Notes under the pieces: model-generated
Told to the model about the DNA's origin: nothing
What the model saw: only the letters and a program-made list of their open reading frames with translations
Database searches by the model: none
Source: an uncultured Bacilli bacterium
GTDB taxonomy: Bacteria > Bacillota_I > Bacilli_A > RF39 > UBA660
Direction: 5' to 3'
DNA length: 64,000 nt
Assembly (NCBI GenBank): GCA_934130375.1
Contig: CAKOXW010000001.1
Span: 50,946-114,945 of the forward strand
Made by a program: the position numbers and the translations under genes
In this document: piece by piece, positions 59,047 to 64,000 of the stretch
Layout: each line of letters starts with the position of its first letter
How positions within the stretch are numbered: the stretch's first letter is position 1

Positions 59047-59805
59047 ATGAAAATAAACAAATTTAAAAAAGTTGGTACTAATAAATATAAGATTTATTTT
59101 GATAATGAAATTCTTACTGTATATGAAGATGTAATATTAAAATATAATTTATTATATAAAAAGGATATTGATAATGATTTATTGCATGAAATAAATAAAG
59201 ATAATTTTAAAGCATCTATTTATGATACTGCAGTAAAATATATAAGTATAAGAATGAGGTCTGTAAAGGAATTAAGGGAATATTTAACTAAGAAAAAGTT
59301 TGAATGTAAGAATATTGATGAGGTAATAGATAGACTACTTCATGAAAATATATTAAATGATAGTAATTTTGCTAGATGTTATGTAAATGATAAGTTATTA
59401 CTCACTAATAATGGGCCTGATAAGATTAAAAGTGATTTAATGAAATTGGGTATTAGTGATGATATTATTTCAAATGTGATAGCTAATATTGATAATGATA
59501 TTGTTAATGAAAAGTTAGAGAAAATAATAAAAAAAGAGATAAAGAATAATACTAAATTGCCTCTTAATAAGATGAAGAATAAGATAATAAATAGATGTAT
59601 AAATGCTGGATATAAGTATGATAGTATTATAGAAGTATTAAATAGTAATACATTAAGGTCTAAATCTAATATTGAAGATGAATATAATAAGTTATATTCT
59701 AAGTATAGACTTAAGTATGAAGATTATAAATTAAAACAATTTTTAAGAGGTAAGTTGTATCAAAAAGGGTATAGTATAGAAGAGATAAATAGTATTATTG
59801 ATTAA
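59047..59805 (+). CDS. recX: recombination regulator RecX
   Basis: Three-helix repeats. …YISIRMRSVKELREYLTKKKF…IDEVIDRLLHENILNDSNFARCYV… is typical RecX. Confidence 0.65.
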   Translation: MKINKFKKVGTNKYKIYFDNEILTVYEDVILKYNLLYKKDIDNDLLHEINKDNFKASIYDTAVKYISIRMRSVKELREYLTKKKFECKNIDEVIDRLLHENILNDSNFARCYVNDKLLLTNNGPDKIKSDLMKLGISDDIISNVIANIDNDIVNEKLEKIIKKEIKNNTKLPLNKMKNKIINRCINAGYKYDSIIEVLNSNTLRSKSNIEDEYNKLYSKYRLKYEDYKLKQFLRGKLYQKGYSIEEINSIID

Positions 59806-59809
59806 CTTA

Positions 59810-59845
59810 TTTTATGTGTAGTCGTGGGCTTAAGTAGTTTATATT
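59810..59845 (+). repeat. copy 4 of conserved 3'-flank motif (TTTTATGTGTAGTCGTGGGCTTAAGTAGTTTATATT)
   Basis: Begins 5 nt after the recX stop. Hairpin terminator TAGTTTACAtgTGTAAACTA+T7 at 59858-59884. Confidence 0.75.
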
Positions 59846-60165
59846 TAGGTAATGAATAGTTTACATGTGTAAACTATTTTTTTGTACAAGTATTATTAAT
59901 GTTTAAAAATGGAAAAGACCATTTGGTCTTATTTTGTTGCTATAGTTTTATGTGATGATGTTTACTGCAGTATTTTTTGAATAATTGTGTAGTATTTGTA
60001 TGGTTTTTAATGATATTTTGATATAATACTTATTATTTTTTAAAAATTAGAAAATATTATTGCAGTATTTATTTTAGTTGCTGCAGTATTTATTATAGTT
60101 TTTTGTAGTATTTAAATTGTTTTTTCATACAAATAAATGAGCATGAAAAAAAAGACCATTTGGCC

Positions 60166-61143
60166 TTATTTTTTTGTTGATGATGCTTTTTGTTCATTCA
60201 TATAATGATCATATTTTATTTTTAATTCAGCATCGTAAATTTTTAAATCATTTTTTTCTCTTAACCATTCCATAGCATAAACATAAATATTATCAGTATT
60301 GCTTATTTTTTCACTTACTAAAGTGTCTTTAATACTATCTTTTACTTCGTCGAATGCAGGTTTTTCTTTTTGGTCTGTTTTTAATATTATGTGATATCCA
60401 AATTGTGTTTTAACAGGTTCTTTTGTATATTCTCCAACTTTTAACTTAACAGCAGCATCTTCAAATTCAGTTACTGTTTTGCCTCTATTGAAGTAACCAA
60501 TATTACCACCATCAGATGCAGATGAATCTGAAGAATTTTCTTTTGCTAACTCTTCGAAACTAGCACCTTCATCTAATTTTTTAATTAATTCTTTTGCTTT
60601 TTCTAATGCTTTAGCCTCAGCTTCTTTCTTTTCATCACTAGTTGCATTGCTACTAGCGTCAGACTTAATAAGAATATGACTTACTTTCATATCACCAATT
60701 GATTTTTCTTCATAATATTTTTCAATATCTTTATCAGTAATTAGAGTAGCAGCATAATCTTTCGCAGCATTTTCTCTTTTGAACGCAACTTCAATATAAT
60801 CTCTTAATTCTTTTTCAGAAGAAACTCCATAATATTGACTAATTGCACTATTGAAATCTGAACCAAATTGATTTTTTAAAGATACGATAGTACTATCAAT
60901 CTTAGTTTTCATATCTTTATCAGTTTCATATACCTTATTTAATAATTGATCATCAATTGAATTAATTAAAGCATATGTTCCATAACTTGTTTTTAATTTG
61001 TTATAGAATTCATCAACTGTCATATTTAGTCCATCCATTTCAAACAATAACTCAGAGCCATCATTTAATTTTGGTATTTTACCACAACCTGTTAATGATA
61101 ATATAACAAGTGATACACATAATATTTTTTTAATTGCTTTCAT
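60166..61143 (-). CDS. prsA: foldase lipoprotein PrsA (parvulin-type PPIase)
   Basis: Lipobox LSLTGCGK. Parvulin domain MKVSHILIKSD…GGNIGYFNRGKTVTEFEDAA…FGYHIILKTD. Confidence 0.8.
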   Translation of the reverse strand: MKAIKKILCVSLVILSLTGCGKIPKLNDGSELLFEMDGLNMTVDEFYNKLKTSYGTYALINSIDDQLLNKVYETDKDMKTKIDSTIVSLKNQFGSDFNSAISQYYGVSSEKELRDYIEVAFKRENAAKDYAATLITDKDIEKYYEEKSIGDMKVSHILIKSDASSNATSDEKKEAEAKALEKAKELIKKLDEGASFEELAKENSSDSSASDGGNIGYFNRGKTVTEFEDAAVKLKVGEYTKEPVKTQFGYHIILKTDQKEKPAFDEVKDSIKDTLVSEKISNTDNIYVYAMEWLREKNDLKIYDAELKIKYDHYMNEQKASSTKK

Positions 61144-61272
61144 CTAAAATCCTCCTTGCATAATAATTATAATAAAAAAACAATAAAAAAACAATAATTT
61201 AGTTATAAGTAATCACACTATTTATGCATTTGCCATAAAATAATGTGAATAGATGAAAAGGAGGAATCGATT

Positions 61273-61356
61273 ATGGGACACGGATATATTAATGGTTCAG
61301 CCATAGTATTAGTATTATTCATAATATTAGTAATCGTAATAGGTGCCTACATTTAA
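61273..61356 (+). CDS. tiny TM protein, YjcZ/tiny_TM_bacill-like (27 aa), not in ORF track
   Basis: AAAAGGAGG RBS. MGHGYINGSAIVLVLFIILVIVIGAYI*. Confidence 0.5.
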   Translation: MGHGYINGSAIVLVLFIILVIVIGAYI

Positions 61357-61376
61357 ATAAAAAAGGAGGTGTAATT

Positions 61377-61490
61377 ATGGCTTGCAATACAACATGCCAA
61401 AACTCTTGTGGTGGAGGCAATACAGGATTTTTAATTGTTATAGTTTTATATATTTTACTTGCTATAATACTAGGATCAGTTATATGCTAA
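61377..61490 (+). CDS. tiny TM protein, YjcZ-like paralogue (37 aa), not in ORF track
   Basis: AAAAGGAGGTG RBS. MACNTTCQNSCGGGNTGFLIVIVLYILLAIILGSVIC*. Confidence 0.5.
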   Translation: MACNTTCQNSCGGGNTGFLIVIVLYILLAIILGSVIC

Positions 61491-62134
61491 GAAAGATTGA
61501 GAAATCAATCTTTTTATCTAAACCAATAATAGGTATAGTAACTAGATTAGAAAATAATATGCATAAAATAAATAAATCTCTAATTGATAATATTACTAAG
61601 TGCGGTGGTTTATGCTTAGGAATTATTAATGAAGAAAGATATAGTTATGAATTTTTAGATAGAGATAAATTAATTATTGATAATATATTAAAAATATGTG
61701 ATGGTTTTGTGATACCAGGTGGTAGTACTGAGAGTTATTTAGATAAATATATTATAGAGTATGCAACTAAAAATAATATTCCAATACTTGGTATTTGTCT
61801 TGGTATGCAGGAAATGTCTTCTTTTCTTGATTTAGAAGAAGTTTCTAATCATAATAAAAGTAATAGATATGTGCATAAAGTAAATATTGATAAGAATTCT
61901 TTATTATATAAAATATTTAAAAAAGATATTTATGTTAATAGTAGGCATAACTATAAGATAAAGAATTTAAATGGTTATAAAGTTGTTGGTAGGTGCCAAG
62001 ATGTTATCGAAGCAATAGAGAAGGATGATAATACTTTTAATGTTGGTGTACAGTGGCATCCAGAAGATATTGATAATGAAGAATTATTTGATTATTTTAT
62101 TAATAGTACAATAATTGACAAAATTTTTAAATAA
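61484..62134 (+). CDS. class I glutamine amidotransferase-like / peptidase C26 (gamma-glutamyl hydrolase family)
   Basis: …ILGICLGMQEM…HNYKIK…VQWHPE. The track's start at 61382 gives an implausible Cys/Tyr-rich extension that overlaps the tiny ORF. ATG 61484 is more likely. Confidence 0.65.
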   Translation: MLRKIEKSIFLSKPIIGIVTRLENNMHKINKSLIDNITKCGGLCLGIINEERYSYEFLDRDKLIIDNILKICDGFVIPGGSTESYLDKYIIEYATKNNIPILGICLGMQEMSSFLDLEEVSNHNKSNRYVHKVNIDKNSLLYKIFKKDIYVNSRHNYKIKNLNGYKVVGRCQDVIEAIEKDDNTFNVGVQWHPEDIDNEELFDYFINSTIIDKIFK

Positions 62135-62166
62135 TATATAATATACTAAAAAAAGAGGTGAGAGAG

Positions 62167-62856
62167 ATGAGTTTTAATTTATATAATGGAGTTTATAATT
62201 TTACTACTAGTTGTAGTGATGGCTCTTTAAGTAAGAAAGAATTACTTGGTTTATTAAAGTGTGAAAAAGAATATTTAGAAATGAAATATGGTATTGATAC
62301 TAGAAAAATGATTATTCCTAATCAAGATTTAAATAATGAAGGTATTTTACTTGATATTACTAATTTAGCAGAAGAAGCTTTATTTGATGATAGTATTAAT
62401 TTACTTGATTATAATATTCCATGTGATGCGGTTATGATAAGTAGGTTTGCACCAAGTATCGCACTTGCGTATCCAACAAGTGATAATCCAGTTATAACTA
62501 TTGAATCTGATTATGCAATCGCACTTGCAAGTATGAATATTGATAAATTGAATGATAATTTACTTGAAGATATTGTAAAGAAATTTTTAAGAGTATGTAA
62601 TTTATCTAATGATAAAATTAAAATTCATGTTGGACCTTGTGCTTCTTATGAAAGTATTAATATAAAAGATATGATTAGTGGTAGTTTAGATAGAATTGGT
62701 ATTAATAATGTTAAATATGACAATAGAGATACAGTTACTAATGATGATTTGTTTTCAGAAATTGGTAATAAGAAAGGTAATCATTTAACTGGTATATATT
62801 ATAAACCTGATGAGAAAACTTTGAAACTACTTCGTCATCACTCAAAATGGTATTAA
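62167..62856 (+). CDS. YfiH/PgeF-like (DUF152, purine-nucleoside phosphorylase/laccase-domain) protein
   Basis: AGAGGTG RBS. NIPCDAVMISRFAPSIALAY and KIHVGPCASYESI resemble the YfiH …ADCxP… and …IGPCI…YEV blocks. Weak. Confidence 0.4.
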   Translation: MSFNLYNGVYNFTTSCSDGSLSKKELLGLLKCEKEYLEMKYGIDTRKMIIPNQDLNNEGILLDITNLAEEALFDDSINLLDYNIPCDAVMISRFAPSIALAYPTSDNPVITIESDYAIALASMNIDKLNDNLLEDIVKKFLRVCNLSNDKIKIHVGPCASYESINIKDMISGSLDRIGINNVKYDNRDTVTNDDLFSEIGNKKGNHLTGIYYKPDEKTLKLLRHHSKWY

Positions 62857-62866
62857 TTTTATGTGA

Positions 62867-62900
62867 ATTCGTGGGCTTAAGTAATTTATATTGCAATAAT
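62867..62900 (+). repeat. copy 5 of conserved 3'-flank motif (TTTTATGTGAATTCGTGGGCTTAAGTAATTTATATT)
   Basis: Begins 11 nt after the stop. Hairpin terminator AAAGACTTTACatatGTAGTAAAGTCTTT at ~62904-62933. Confidence 0.75.
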
Positions 62901-62994
62901 TAAAGACTTTACATATGTAGTAAAGTCTTTATATTATATATAAAAATTAGTTGATTTTCACCAGAAATTATCATATTTTGATAAAAAGTGGTGA

Positions 62995-63058
62995 AAATAT
63001 GACAAATTTAGAAAATATAAATCGTATCAAAATAAAGACTTAGGTCTTTTTTCTTTTC
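62995..63058 (+). repeat. duplicated 3'-end relic plus terminator of the M23-like gene
   Basis: atgacaaatttagaaaatataaatcgtatcaaaATAAAGACTTAGGTCTTTTTTCTTTT parallels …ttagaagatatattaaaaaatataaataagttatccgatATAAAGACTTAGGTCTTTTTTCTTTT at 52120-52188. Confidence 0.6.
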
Positions 63059-63128
63059 TAATTAGTTTTCTTAAAACCTTGAAATGCATATAATAATAGT
63101 GATAAAATATAAAGTAGTGGGTGATTAG

Positions 63129-63860
63129 ATGAATATTAAAGATGTGTTTGTAAATTATATACAGTATGGCAATAAGAATGGCAAGGATGTTGTTTTATTG
63201 CATGGATGGGGACAGAATATTGAAATGATGAACCCAATTGGTAAGGGGTTAGAAAGTGATTATCATATTACAGTAATAGACTTACCTGGTTTTGGTTCTA
63301 GTTCCGAACCAACATATGCTTATACAATTTACGATTATTATGAAATAGTTAGTGAATTATTAACTAAGTTAAATATTGATAATCCAGTTATGATAGGGCA
63401 TTCCTTTGGTGGAAGGGTTGCAATTGTGTATGCGGCTAAGAAAAAAGTTTCAAAGCTTGTATTACTAAGTGCTCCTTTTAGAAGAAGTACTAAGAGAAAT
63501 ACGTTTAAGGTTAGGGTGCTTAAATTTTTAAAGAAAGTGCCTGTTGTTAAGGAATTAGAAAGTTTTATGAAAACTAAGATTGGTTCTTCTGATTATAGAA
63601 ATGCATCACCTATGATGAGAAATATACTTGTAAATGTAGTTAATGAAGATTTAACTGGTTATTTAAAACAAATAAATGTTCCTACTTTGTTGATATGGGG
63701 AGATTTAGATACAGCAGTACCTATTGAAGATGCTAAGTATGCAGAGAGTATTATGAAAGATGCTGGTTTAGTTGTATATGAGGGTTGTACTCATTATGCT
63801 TACTTAGAAAGAATTAATCAGACAATTAGTGTTTTAAGAAGTTTTTTAGGAGGTAAATAA
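63129..63860 (+). CDS. alpha/beta-fold hydrolase (esterase/lipase-like)
   Basis: VVLLHGWGQN…GHSFGGRVA (nucleophile elbow G-H-S-F-G)…GDLD…H. Confidence 0.7.
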   Translation: MNIKDVFVNYIQYGNKNGKDVVLLHGWGQNIEMMNPIGKGLESDYHITVIDLPGFGSSSEPTYAYTIYDYYEIVSELLTKLNIDNPVMIGHSFGGRVAIVYAAKKKVSKLVLLSAPFRRSTKRNTFKVRVLKFLKKVPVVKELESFMKTKIGSSDYRNASPMMRNILVNVVNEDLTGYLKQINVPTLLIWGDLDTAVPIEDAKYAESIMKDAGLVVYEGCTHYAYLERINQTISVLRSFLGGK

Positions 63861-64000
63861 TGGTTTATATATGCGTAATAATATGGCTTATGTATATGTA
63901 TTATAGATTAAAAAAATCATTGCATATGCTTCAACAAAACTTATATGATGATGATTATAGATATTTTAAATGGACTATAAAAAATTTTAGTAAGATAATG
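63860..64000 (+). CDS. 5' part of a small hydrophobic ORF running off the window
   Basis: ATG overlaps the upstream stop. MVYICVIIWLMYMYYRL…. Confidence 0.2.
   Translation, partial: MVYICVIIWLMYMYYRLKKSLHMLQQNLYDDDYRYFKWTIKNFSKIM

Noticed and set aside
61382-61483. N-terminal 34 codons of the track's 250-aa ORF (MQYNMPKLLWWRQYRIFNCYSFIYFTCYNTRISY…)
   Set aside because: The frame overlaps the RBS-led 37-aa tiny TM gene and has no RBS. ATG 61484 gives a normal C26 amidotransferase N-terminus.
1-64000. CRISPR arrays, rRNA genes, intact prophage or integrase-bounded island
   Set aside because: There are no regularly spaced direct repeats with unique spacers and no rRNA-like conserved stretches. 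The only recombinase is a XerC/D-type housekeeping enzyme next to ftsK.

Overview
This is a very AT-rich Firmicutes-type chromosomal segment, judged by eye at roughly 25-30% G+C. It uses the standard bacterial genetic code, because TGA serves as a stop codon while the long conserved proteins remain intact. A housekeeping backbone is recognisable from conserved protein motifs: mutL-miaA, rpsT, recG, parC, ylbD/ylbE-like-rsmD-murG-murB-divIB, ftsK, xerC/D-like, rnc, smc, an RluA-family gene, ppdK, polA, rpoZ, recX and prsA, plus two tRNAs, tRNA-Glu(CUC) and tRNA-Ser(GCU). Several accessory islets interrupt this backbone. Three scattered prepilin-type (type IV pilin-like) genes are present; one encodes a ~926-aa protein with four Listeria-Bacteroides repeats and a tandemly duplicated Gly/Cys-rich domain, and two are wedged into the normally tight rnc-smc linkage together with a small phosphoglycosyl transferase. 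A truncated IS3-family transposase relic sits where mutS would be expected upstream of mutL. A tRNA-Glu-adjacent PemK/MazF-like putative toxin-antitoxin pair is present. A tandem pair of GC-rich hairpin elements lies upstream of recG. An ABC exporter gene is exactly bracketed by 27-bp direct repeats and preceded by gene debris. A ~35-nt conserved GC-rich motif sits just downstream of five plus-strand stop codons. The most unusual locus is a 759-aa membrane-anchored Big_2 surface protein that ends in a complete mini-intein-like Hint/BIL domain, followed by two unknown genes. A polA-coupled operon encodes a degenerate Fic-like protein, a Cas4-like Fe-S PD-(D/E)XK nuclease fused to a DEDDy exonuclease domain, and two unknown proteins. 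Two tiny YjcZ-like transmembrane peptide genes, absent from the ORF track, lie upstream of a C26 amidotransferase-like gene. No CRISPR array or rRNA gene is visible.
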